From Rebecca billardiae RCC1528 (lineage: Eukaryota; Protista; Haptophyta), in the NCBI GenBank assembly GCA_965240325.2, contig OZ251225.1, forward strand, positions 3,596,001 through 3,660,000: a DNA stretch of 64,000 bases. Reading direction: 5' to 3'. This document shows, piece by piece, positions 20,235-30,677 of this stretch. The position numbers were made by a program, and so were the translations under genes. The notes below the pieces were generated by a model that was given only the letters and a program-made list of their open reading frames with translations, searched no databases and had not been told where the DNA came from. Numbering within the stretch: the stretch's first letter is position 1; each line of letters begins with the position of its first letter.

Positions 20235-23200
20235 TCACTCGGCGTGCGCGCCCCACAAGCTCGTCATGTCCTCGGGCTTGAGCGCCTTGCTGGCCTCTTG
20301 CTCGCTGGTGGCCGCCTGCTCGAGCCTGTCCAGCTTGGCGATTAGCACCTGCCAGGGACCGGCGCGGATGGGCGCGGGGCGAACACCCGTCAGGCCCATG
20401 CGCGCGCGAGCGAGGGCGAGCGCGAGCTGTCGCGCGTGCCGCGCGCACCTCGAGCGCGCGCTTCTTGCGCATCGCGAGCTCCTTGATGGCGACAGGGTAC
20501 GCGCTGTCGACGCTGCCCTCCGCCTGCGAGCGCGTGGCCTCGGTCCACATCTTGTCCTGCGAAGGGCGGGCGCGCAGCGCGGGCGTGTGCGCGGCGTCGG
20601 GCGCGCGGTGAGCGGCGACGATGCGCAGGGCCCGCCTCGGCCGCGCGCCCGTCGGGTACGGCGCCCGGGCGCGCGTTGCGCTGCGCTGCGCTGCGCTGCG
20701 CTGCGCTGCGCTGCGCTGCGCTGCGCTGCGCTGCGCTGCGCTGCGCTGCGCTGCGCTGCGCTGCGCTGCGCTGCGCTTGCTCACCTCCTGCGGAGCGAGC
20801 GCCTTGAAGAGGTCGAGCGCCTGGCGGTGCGCCGCCAGCACGCCGTCCTCCGCGCGCACGAGCCGGCTCGCCGCCTTGTGGAAGGACGCGGCCTGGCGCG
20901 AGAGGTGCAGCGACTGCTCGAGCATCTCCGAATCCCCCTCGTCGTCGTCCGAGTCGGAGGGCGCTGGGCCGGCGGCGGCGGCGGCGGCGGGCAGTGGCGG
21001 CTTGGCCGCGGCGCCGCCGCCCCGCGCTGCCGCGCCGAACTTCGCTCCACCACCGTCGCCGCCGTGGCGCGGCGTGGTCGGCGCGCTGCGCGCGGGCGGG
21101 CGATGCGCCGGCGGCTCGCCCGGCGGCGGCTGCGGCGCGCGCGCCGCCGGCTTGGGCGGCTGCGGCGCGAGCGGCGGCGGCGCGGGCGGCGCGGTGGGCT
21201 GCACGGCCGGCGGCTGCTTGTCCGCGCCGCCGCCGGACGAGGCGGCCATCTCCTTCACGCGCTGCGCGTAGCGCAGCGTGTTGAGCGTGTGCTCGCACGA
21301 GGTGTGCGTCGGCGCGAGGTTGGCGATCATCACGGTGCGCGACTGCGCGCCGATGAAGCCGTCCTTGAGCACCTGCGTCAGCTTAGAGCCTCGGAACGGG
21401 ATGTGCGCGCCGGCCGAGCCCGAGAGAGCGCGGATGCACTCCTTGAGGCAGAGCAGCGACTTGTTCACCTCGGCGCCGTCCATGCGGTTGGAGCGGTCGT
21501 CGGACTGCGCCTTCGCGGCCCACTCCGAGCCGGCGAGGTCGATCAGCGAGAGCTTCGCCGCGGGCGTGCCGTGCCGCCCCTCGCGCGCCGGGTGCAGGTG
21601 GATCTGCAGCACCGCGTGCGAGCGCGAGGACGTCTCGTTCTGAGCGGTCGCGCGCGTCGTGCGCTTCGCCGTGCGCACGAGGGCCATCAGCTCGTGCACC
21701 GAGCTGAGCGTGCGCATCTCGAGGCCGACCATGCACGCGTTGTCGTTCGCGTCCGCCATCACGTCGATCCGCCGCTTCGCCCCGCCCTCGCCAACGCCGA
21801 GCAGGTCGTACACCTTGCCCCTGTACAACTCAAAGAAGCCCACGCTCACCACAAACCCGCCGCCGGGCGCGCCGCTCGCGCGGCTGAGCTCGTCGACGCG
21901 GGCAAAGACGTGCGCGCCCGCGAGCTGGTACAGGCCGTGCTCGTTGGCCACGCCGCCGGCGCCGAGACCCATCATCGTCATCGTCTGCCGCGGCGGGCGC
22001 GGCGCCGTGCGGGGGAGGGGGGGGGCGCACGCTCGCGGGTGAGCGGCGGCGCGCCACTCGGGGGCGGCGCGGCGCGCGGCGCGCGCGGCGCGCGCGACGC
22101 GCGGTGCCTCGGCGTGGCGCACACCTTGCCCGAGCCCGTCTGGCCGTACGCAAAGCACATCGCGTGTCCGCCCTTCTGGAAGAGGCGCTCGACGAGCGGG
22201 TGCAGCGCGTCCGTGTACACCGCCTCGTTCGTCGCGCCCTCCCCGAACGCGCCGTCGAACCGAAACGCATGGTTCTCCATCACACGCGAGAGGTCGACCG
22301 TCACCTTGGGCTCGTGCAGCACGATCGAGCCGCGCGCGTCGCGCAGGTCGGCGGTGAGCACGTCGTACGCGCCGCTCTTGCGCTCGCCCGGCAGCAGCGG
22401 CCGCTTGCGCACGTACACCGAGATCTTCGGCGGCGCGCCCGTGCGCGCCACCGCGGCGCGCGGCTTGTCGGCCGCAGCGTCGCCGTGCGCGCCCTCGCCG
22501 GCGCGCTGCCGCCTGTAGCGCGCGATCACGGCCTGGAAGACGCCATCCTCGCCGGCAAGGCCGTGGCGCTCAGCCCAGTGGCGGTCGTCCAACTCCACGC
22601 GCATGCGCGAGATCTCCGCGCCGCATGGCACGCCCGCGCGCTTCTCGCGATCTGAGTCGACCGCGCCGCCGCGCACGCGCGCCGCCGCCTTGCGCAGCCG
22701 CTCGCCGGCCGCCACGTTGCGCTTCTTCGGCTTGAGCGGCGTCGGCGCGCCGTTGTCGGGCTGGGCGTGCGGGACCGGGCGGTTCAGATCGATCTCGACG
22801 GGCGGGGGCGGTGCGCGCGCGGCGGCGGGCGGCGCGCCGGCCGCCGCTTCGCTCGCGCGCCGCCGACCGCGCCGCGGCGGCGGCGCCGCGTGCGCGTCGG
22901 CGCGCGGCGCGACGGGTGGTGCGGAGTCGCGCGGGTCGCTGCCACCGCCGCCGTTGCGCGAGACACGACGAGGGTGCACTTGCTCCACGTACCCGTCGTC
23001 GTACTCCAGCCGGACGCTGCCGTCGGCCGCGTCGACGGCGAGCACCGTCGCGCGGTGCCAGAAGCCGAGGTCGCTCCAGTTGCCGAAAACGCGCTCGCCC
23101 GGCTGGTACGCGGGCGGCAGGGGCGGCGTCGCCACCGCTGCGGGTGCGAATCGGTCGGGCGATGCGGGCCGGTCGGGGATGCGGAACGACCCCACGAGCG

Positions 23201-23387
23201 CGGGCGCGGCCGGCTCGGCGCCGGCACGCACGCCGAGTGCGCGCAGCCGATCGGGCGCAACGCGCTCGTCGCGAAAGCCGTCGTCAAAGACGACGGCGAA
23301 GTGGCCGTCGCGGAACTCGGCGACCGACGCCGGTAGCCACTCGCCGTACGCCGTCGCCGCAAGCACGCGATCCCCCACACTGAACAT
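20235..23387 (-). CDS. Kinesin-13 (KIF2/MCAK/KIF24-like) with two N-terminal Tudor-like domains; introns 21985-22124, 20557-20784, 20349-20448
   Basis: Central motor: VYVRKRPL, HEPKVTVDL, CFAYGQTGSGKT, NETSSRSHA, IDLAGSE, NKSLLCLKECIRAL, HIPFRGSKLTQVLKD, EHTLNTLRYAQRVKE. The spliced frame ends at TGA 20237-20235. Confidence 0.93.
20681..20775. repeat. Microsatellite (CTGCG)x19 in a kinesin intron
   Basis: Perfect pentamer run. Confidence 0.95.
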
Positions 23388-24575
23388 CGTGGCGGTGTTG
23401 GCGGTCGCGCTCAGCTTGTCGCGCCGTTCGAACGGTTAGCGGACGCCCGCGTGTCGAGCGACTCAGGTGGACGAAGGCGTTTTTGTATCTTCGCGGCCAC
23501 CATTAATTGTGAGGAGCGTTCCGCCGCCAGGAGACTCTAGCGGAAGCTTCGCTGGGCTTCGCGCCTGACCGCGAGTCCGGGAATTCACCAGTGCCAAGCG
23601 AACTTCCCCCGCTTGTCGGGGGGGTGTCCGGGGCGCAGGTCCGCATCGCATAGTCCCCCTCGGGGCACGATGGCTGCCGGCAGTTGAGGCAAAAGCGTTG
23701 CCGCAAGGCTTTTGGTTCGTGATGACGACCCACTGCGTGCCAGTGCGGCACGACGCACAAGGGCCGAGGTATGGGAGGCATGAAAGGGCGGGCACGGCAG
23801 GGCGCGGGGCTTTGATGGTCGTAGATGACTCTTCTTCAGGCCTTGGCATCGCTGGGCGACTCGTATCCACCTCTCTCCAGCTCCTGTTGTCCCTGCTTCC
23901 GCATGGCCTGTGATCGACGTGCACGCCGACCGTGCACGGGGCAAAGACAAGTGCATAACGCCGGGGGAGGCCGGAGTTGTCGGTGGTGGATGTTTGCGCA
24001 TCGTTCATGGAATGCCGTCAGCGCTCGCAGCTCGCATGTAGTTTCGCTCGCCGCTCCAGGGCCAGCGTCTCCGCTCCTGTGGTAGTATACCAGGCATTAC
24101 GGTGATTGCTTTTTGAATTGGGATTTTTCTGCAGCTTCTGTCATGTATGGCTCTGGAGCTCTTCCTGGGGGTGTCTGCAAGGATCGGATGGGCTCGAGAG
24201 CTCGCGCACGCGCTGGCAGCCTCCCTCCGAAGGCTACGTGCACTGCTCGCGTTCACTCATCCAGGAGCGCAGGGTAAGAATCCGAGCAGGGCGCCCGCGC
24301 GGGCGGGCGTACGATCAAAGATCACAGCAGCGGTCGCTTGCACAAGCCAAGCGACAATGGAGATAGATTACAGGCGCCAATGTGCGTAGATACCTCAAGC
24401 ACGTACATGTCACACAACCCGCAACGCCACACGCGCCGTCGCGCCCGTGGTGTCCGCGTGGGCGCTCCCTCGTTGTGCGAGAGATGGCCCACGCTGGGAG
24501 CGATGGGCAGCCATCTCGCGAGCCGCGGCAACGCTTTTGAGCCGGACTGGCGCCCCGAGGGGGACTATTCGGCTG

Positions 24576-24670
24576 TACAGTTTACTAAGAATAAGAGACG
24601 CACACAGCTCAGGCAGGCGAGATTACAGTTTACTAAGAATAAGAGACGCACACAGCTCAGGCAGGCGAGA
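24576..24670 (+). repeat. Two tandem copies of a 48-bp unit
   Basis: 24576-24623 and 24624-24670 are identical over 47 nt. Confidence 0.95.
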
Positions 24671-27600
24671 CAGTACTTGCCTCGCGGGCCAGCACTTGTC
24701 TGTGCACACCGCCACACGGCCAGCCTCGCCCGCGTGCGCCATGCGAGGCGAGACACACACGGAGCATGCGCTTCCGCGCGGCGAGGCCTACGCTGTACGC
24801 ACTGCGCTACCTTGCGCCGCCGCGCATGAGCGCGGGTCCGAACAGCTGCGTTCAGGTGTGCTGATTGCATCATTCATGCGAGCCGATTGGTCGAACGAGC
24901 GCTCTGGCCCGACGATGACGTTGCAGCGCACGCCATGCTGATATGCGGTGACGCGGAGCATGTGCGCTCGCGCGGAGTGGCCACACACGTGACCGCTGTC
25001 CAGCTCTGCCCCGGCATTGAACTCCCTGACTCGTGCTCCGACGTCAATCTTGGCCCGAGCTAGTACGTGCATGCATGCGTGCTGATGCAGAATATACCTG
25101 AACGAGGCCCATGATGGCCTGCGTGTATGTGCCTCCTCGGATGACATGGCGCGTGTATGAATGTGTGTATACTACCTTGTCAAGCAGTAGCTCACGTCTG
25201 GACGTTCGTGTCGAACTTGACGGTGCGCATCGTGAACACACGGTCAGCCTTGATAGACGCACCCGTGCAGCCGGAAGGCAGCATCAGCCTGCCTAAGACG
25301 TGAGCATCCAGCCCCGACGCCGCTTCCGGTGCCTGAATGGCGCGCGCTCCTTTCACGCGGGAATGTACTCACTACATCACTATCCAGAAGGGCGCATGTC
25401 AGTGCTTTGCATGCTCACACGACCCTCGCCGTAGGTCGATGCCAACCGCTGCGTGATGCTCGATCATGCCTTTTGACGGCTGTGTGACCCGTGCAGATGC
25501 GTATGCCAGGCAGCGTACTGTGACGAGCGATGCCGCGTGCATAAACTACCTGGACATTGCCCAGTGCAACCAAGTGCCGGACGCCGACGCCGCTGCTCGC
25601 GGCACGCGTGCAGTCAGCCGAGGAATGCACACAACTTCCTTGTTGGTGCGGCGCACGCGATGGCCTGAGGCGCGGCGGATGCAGTGATTCCGAACGGCGA
25701 GCGGTGGAACGACGCAAATGGCTGCTCTTCAGCCGCGCTCAACCACGCGCACCGCCTTCGCGGGCACGCAACTACCGCAGGAGGGCGCGCAGTCGGCGCC
25801 CATCTCGCCCCTCCAGCGCCGCCCAGCGCGCTGTCAGCGCAGCCGCCAGCGGCAGAGGTTGGTGGTGCTCTGACGGCATCACCAACATATTCGGAAAAGA
25901 AAATCCCCACCCGAAATTCCTGCGCCCAGTGGTTACGCTGTTTCCGGGTGTGAGCGCGTGCCTAGGGGCCCGCGTTCATTTGGCGATAAAATCCCCGAAA
26001 GTGCTCCAGTGCGTTTGGACCAGGCTAGGTAAGGGTGTGTATCGGCCAGCGACAGACCGCCGACCCGCGAGGACCGTTCGCTTTCAGCTTGCTGCGGTGC
26101 CCGAAGCCGACAATGGATCAGTGGCCCTGGCCGCGACAACGGTCCAGAGTACACGGAATGGGACGCCAGCGCGGAGGTTAAGGGTTTGACCATCGACCTA
26201 AGTCTGGACCGCACGGGGCTATCATTGGGCGTTGGAGGCAGCCATAGAGGTTTGGAGGCCCTGTTCCCTGCGGGACTTGGGCGGGAAGGAGCCGCTGGAT
26301 TCATCGTATGGGGCGCATGCAGCGCCGAGATGGAGAGTGGCGGAGCTGTACGCCGAGGCAAACGGATGTACGCGCGTCATACAGGAGGGTGAGTGTAGGA
26401 AGGCCTCTATGGCTGCGATCATTGGACGCCTGCTCGCTTCTTCTGTCAAAAGACTGCCTTGTGGCACCCAGACATCGGAGTCAGCGGATGCCGCTGATCA
26501 GACTACATCAAAATGCACTGATTGCAGGGCATCGTAGCAGCGCAAGCAGCTGTCGCAGCAGCTTGGTGCAGTGATCTCTTGACTCTACCACGGCCGAGCA
26601 CCTGCGGTTCTAAACCTACCGTTTGACGTCATGGACGGGGGTCTAGATCTGTCCCTCCCCTGTACGTTGCATGTGTGTGTTTCTCGCTGCATTCGGCGCG
26701 GGTACCGTAACTCAATCATGTCTGCGGAGGCGAACGGTGCGTCTGACTACGGTGCAGGTCTTGAGCGCTCTGGCCAATCTAGACAACGTGCGATATGCCC
26801 GGTAGCTTGAGTCGAGTACAGTTCACACGAGGCTATCAGAGGGAGGCCTCCATCTCGCAAGAAGGGCTTGCGCGCTTGCACTGATGCACCCGCCGAGTCA
26901 ATTTACGACTCGGGCCCGGGCGGTGACGCAGCTGTGCACGCGAATGGCGCGGCAAGACATGCGCAGCGACACGACGGAGTGCGAGAATGTCACCGCGCTA
27001 CACCACACCCTTCCAAAGGCCGAGAGCAAACGTCTGGCCGTCAGGAGGGCGCGCAGGCCGTGCGTGAGCCGACGCCGTGGCCGCTGCGAAGTGCGAACAC
27101 CGGAAGCCGCCGGCCATTTTTTCTATCAGCACTTCAGCAGCAGAAGTCGTCACGACAATTCGACAAACGACCGCTTTTCCTCGGCTTCTCTCGAGTTATG
27201 AAGAGTCGTGCGCCGCTGCCGCTCCAACTGCGGATGCTCCACGGTACGGACGGTTTGGGTCAATAACGGCTTGGATGAACAGGCACGAATTTGACGAAAA
27301 GGAAAACCCAGACCTGCTGCGGAGCTTCTCCGATCCGTCCTGGACGTAAAATTCCTGCGCTGCCCGAAAAGATGCGGACGAGAAAAGCCGCCTGTCCAGC
27401 ACGTGCGCGTGGGCGCGCCTGAATCGTCGCGTTCGCCTTCGGAACGGGCAGGATATCTATTGATAGTTGATGAGGGCATCCCGACCGTCTAATCCATTGG
27501 GATTCCCATCCTATTTCGGGGCCAACTGCCGATTCGCGTACCGGCGCGGTATTCATCAGATGATATGGGCACTGCTTTTGACGTGCCGTCGGAACGGGAT

Positions 27601-27889
27601 CATGTATCGCTCGCGCGCACGAAGTGGCTGTGGCAGCCAATCAAAATGTTTGTCTCCGCATGATCGACGCGACACATCGCCCAATGTTGAGCGCAAACAT
27701 CATAGTTTTTATTTCCCCGCAACCGGGATTCGTCGGGCGTAAAGCAGCGCCGTCTTTGCCCAACCGGCAAGGGCATGTCGCGGCCCAAACAGTTGCGCCG
27801 CTGCGCTGGCGGCTTTTCGTGCAACACAGCGCTCACGAAGAGGCACCGCCCGCCGATCACCTCGTCCGCTCGTGCCTCCTCGCCCGCCG

Positions 27890-29182
27890 ATGCGTGCCAT
27901 GCGCGCGCTCGTGCTGCTCTTCGCGCTGGCGACGGTGGTCGAGTGCATCCGTATCGGTGGACCTCGCATTTCCGCCGCGCCCGGCTCCGCCTCGCGCCGC
28001 TTTCTCTCCACGCGCCGGCGAGGCGGCGTCGGCGGCGTCAGTTGCGGACGGGCAATCGCGCCCCGCCCCACGCGCGCAGCGCCGCTGTCCGGCGTGACGA
28101 CGGCGACGGTGGCGCACGTGAGGGAGATGGAGGCGCCATATTCCGTGGCGTCGAGCGCGTCGGACTCGCTCGCGCCGCCGCACACGGCCTTCGACCCGTT
28201 CACGGGCGTGGACACGCCCATGCCGACCCACGAGTCGCTCGCGACCTCCGGCCCGGTGCCCTTCGAGCTGGGCGACCTGCCGCAGATGCCGGGCATGGAG
28301 GAGGAGGAGGCGCTGGTGCAGATGGATGTGGTTGCGCCCGCGAGGCCGCGCCTCGCCGCCTGGGCGCTCCCCGCCGCGGCGGCCGCCGGCCTGACGGCAA
28401 CGCTCATGTGGGCAGGCGTGCTCGCATGCACACCCATGATGCTGCTCGGCGCGGACATGCTGAGCAGCTGCCTCGCCGCGTTCGGCGTGGCGCCGGCGGT
28501 CGCGCTCGTGGACTCGGCCATCGCGCGCGCCTCGTCCACCGCCTCGCCGCCCACGACCGAGCTCGCCCGCAGCGTGCGCGAGCTCGCGCTGCAGCCGCGC
28601 GCTTCGCTCAGCCGGCCCGACTTCAAGGCCGTGCACGGCGTCTACCTGGCCACCTTCCTCACCGCGAACGTGTGCGCGACGCTCGGCGTGGCGAGCCTGC
28701 TGAAGATGGCGCTGATCACGACCGTCAACATGTGGGCGGGCGTGAAGAAGGACGCGCTCATCGCCACCTCGAACGCGGGCGCGGCGGGCGGCGCCGCCCC
28801 GGCAAAGGTGCCGCGCTCCTCGGTTGCGCTCTTCTGCGCGCGCGACACGAACGCGATCGGCGCGTCGTTCGTCGTGCCGCGCGTGCTCGCGCCGCGGATG
28901 GCGATGCTGCTGCCGGGGCTCGGCGGCGCGGCGGACACGCTGTGCCAGCTCATCGTGCCGCCCATCTGCGAGCTGATCAACACGCCGATCCACCTGCTCG
29001 CCCTTGACATGTACAACCGACCGGGCTGTGGCAAGCGCGAGCGCGCGCGATCCATCAGCAAGCAGTACTCGCGCTCGCTCGCCGTCAGAATCGTGCGCGT
29101 GATGGCGGCCTTCTCGCTGGGTGGGATCGGCAACCGGGTGCTGCGGACAGCGATGCACGGCATGGTGCTCGCGGGCGCATGA
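27890..29182 (+). CDS. Conserved uncharacterised membrane protein (carrier-like orphan family) with N-terminal signal peptide
   Basis: Signal-like MRALVLLFALATVVEC. C-terminal motifs VY.ATF.TAN, KD, LF..RD, TPIHLLALDMYNRP and AFSLGGIGN recall a fungal/protist orphan family. Confidence 0.7.
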   Translation: MRAMRALVLLFALATVVECIRIGGPRISAAPGSASRRFLSTRRRGGVGGVSCGRAIAPRPTRAAPLSGVTTATVAHVREMEAPYSVASSASDSLAPPHTAFDPFTGVDTPMPTHESLATSGPVPFELGDLPQMPGMEEEEALVQMDVVAPARPRLAAWALPAAAAAGLTATLMWAGVLACTPMMLLGADMLSSCLAAFGVAPAVALVDSAIARASSTASPPTTELARSVRELALQPRASLSRPDFKAVHGVYLATFLTANVCATLGVASLLKMALITTVNMWAGVKKDALIATSNAGAAGGAAPAKVPRSSVALFCARDTNAIGASFVVPRVLAPRMAMLLPGLGGAADTLCQLIVPPICELINTPIHLLALDMYNRPGCGKRERARSISKQYSRSLAVRIVRVMAAFSLGGIGNRVLRTAMHGMVLAGA

Positions 29183-29940
29183 CAACCGCCCTCGCGTCTG
29201 CCGGACTCATTCGAATACATTCGATCGTAATTTGGTGGTCCTGACGATTCGCGGCTTCGTCGCCAGATCACTGAGTCTGATAGACTACATCATGGCATCA
29301 TGAATCATGATACGGACCTAAATCTTGCCTGGCAGTAGGCTTAGCCGCTCGGACTCTTGAGTAACCTACTAAGTAGTGCGGGCTAGTGCCCGAGTAGGCG
29401 GAGTAGTGCGGTCCACTTACTAAGTCGGGACTCGGGTAACCCGCGTAACCTTCATTCATTTGACATTTACCTTGGCCCGTACTGCACTAGTAAGCCCCGC
29501 GGAGCACTCCCGGTGTCGATCGAGCAGCCCGCTCAGCAGCAGTACGGCTAGTGGCTTAATAATGATTAATATATATATATATGAGTTTAAATTATAATAA
29601 CTTATAAGGTGGAGGTACAAGGCTCCGCGGTCCGGCAGCAGCACCAGCAGACGAGTCGGAGTACGCCGACCGCGCGCGCCGCGCGGGCCCGCGCGCCGGG
29701 CCCGGCGGCCGCGCCATCCGATCGCGGCCTCGCGGCGTCGCGGTCGCGCGGGCCCCCGGCCCCGGGGCCGGGGCCGCCCGGGCCGGCGGGCGCCGCCGGA
29801 CAGCGGCGGCAGACCGGATCCGACCTTGGCTGAGTGCACGGAGCATTTCCACTAGCTAGATGGTCACCACCTGCGTACCCTGGCCGCGCTGAGCTAGAAG
29901 TGTGCGCCTCGGCTCCGTCATTACGTCAGGCTGCACGTGT

Positions 29941-30516
29941 TCATAGCTCATCCTTCCCGCCAAGGTCGGCGAGCACTGCCTCGATGTCCGCGGCGATCAC
30001 GCTAGGTTCGACGGTGAAGTCGTACCGCCTTTTGGGCAGTCCCTTCACCACGAGGAACTTTGAGAAGTTCCACTGCACGTCGCGCTCCTCGCCTGGGCCC
30101 TTGGGGGCCCACGGGGCGGGCGCGACTGCATCGCCGTTTGTGCCCTCTTTGAGGAACGTGAAGAGAGGCGAGGCGCCTGCGCCGTTCACGTCCACCTTGG
30201 CGAAGACGGGGAAGGTGACGCCATAGTTGGTCTTGACAAAGTTTTGAATCTCCTCATTCGTCTCGAACTCCTGCGAGAAGAACTGCCCGCACGGGAACGC
30301 AAGCACCTGCAGCCCCTTTGGGCCGAAGCGCTCGTACAGCTCCTGCAGGCCCTTGTAATGCGGAGTGAAGCCACACTTGGAGGCAGTGTTCACCACGAGC
30401 GCCACGGGCGAGCGGTATTCGTCGAGCTGGACCTGGGAGCCATCTGCGCGCTCCACGGTGAAGTCGTAGATCGACGACTGCACCGCAAGCAGGTGCGCGA
30501 GCGCGTACGCCAACAT
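29941..30516 (-). CDS. GPX: Glutathione peroxidase (Cys-type, PHGPx-like)
   Basis: SIYDF, VVNTASKCGFT, LAFPCGQF..QE, TFPVFAKVDVNG, WNFSKFLV. Confidence 0.95.
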   Translation of the reverse strand: MLAYALAHLLAVQSSIYDFTVERADGSQVQLDEYRSPVALVVNTASKCGFTPHYKGLQELYERFGPKGLQVLAFPCGQFFSQEFETNEEIQNFVKTNYGVTFPVFAKVDVNGAGASPLFTFLKEGTNGDAVAPAPWAPKGPGEERDVQWNFSKFLVVKGLPKRRYDFTVEPSVIAADIEAVLADLGGKDEL

Positions 30517-30677
30517 GGCGTCGGTGTCGAGACTTACGTCCAAGTCGTCAGCCGCAGGTCCATCCGGATTTTTTGGCTTGCGACACAACGCGAGCCCGGA
30601 CCCTGCCTCTGCCTTGTTGCCGTGACGGCCACGCGTCGGAGTCGACTGTGCCCTGGGCTGCGCGCCGCGACGAGGGC

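Noticed and set aside
20681-20775. SAAQR/CAALR peptide repeat in kinesin
   Set aside because: It lies inside a GTGAGC...GCAG intron (20557-20784).
24576-24670. CRISPR repeat or known spliced leader
   Set aside because: The copies abut with no spacer and do not match any spliced-leader sequence I recognise.
23460-27800. Short ORFs between kinesin and the orphan gene
   Set aside because: No motifs and weak codon bias, so no call can be supported.
29941-30516. Selenocysteine glutathione peroxidase
   Set aside because: The active-site codon is TGT (Cys) and there is no in-frame TGA.
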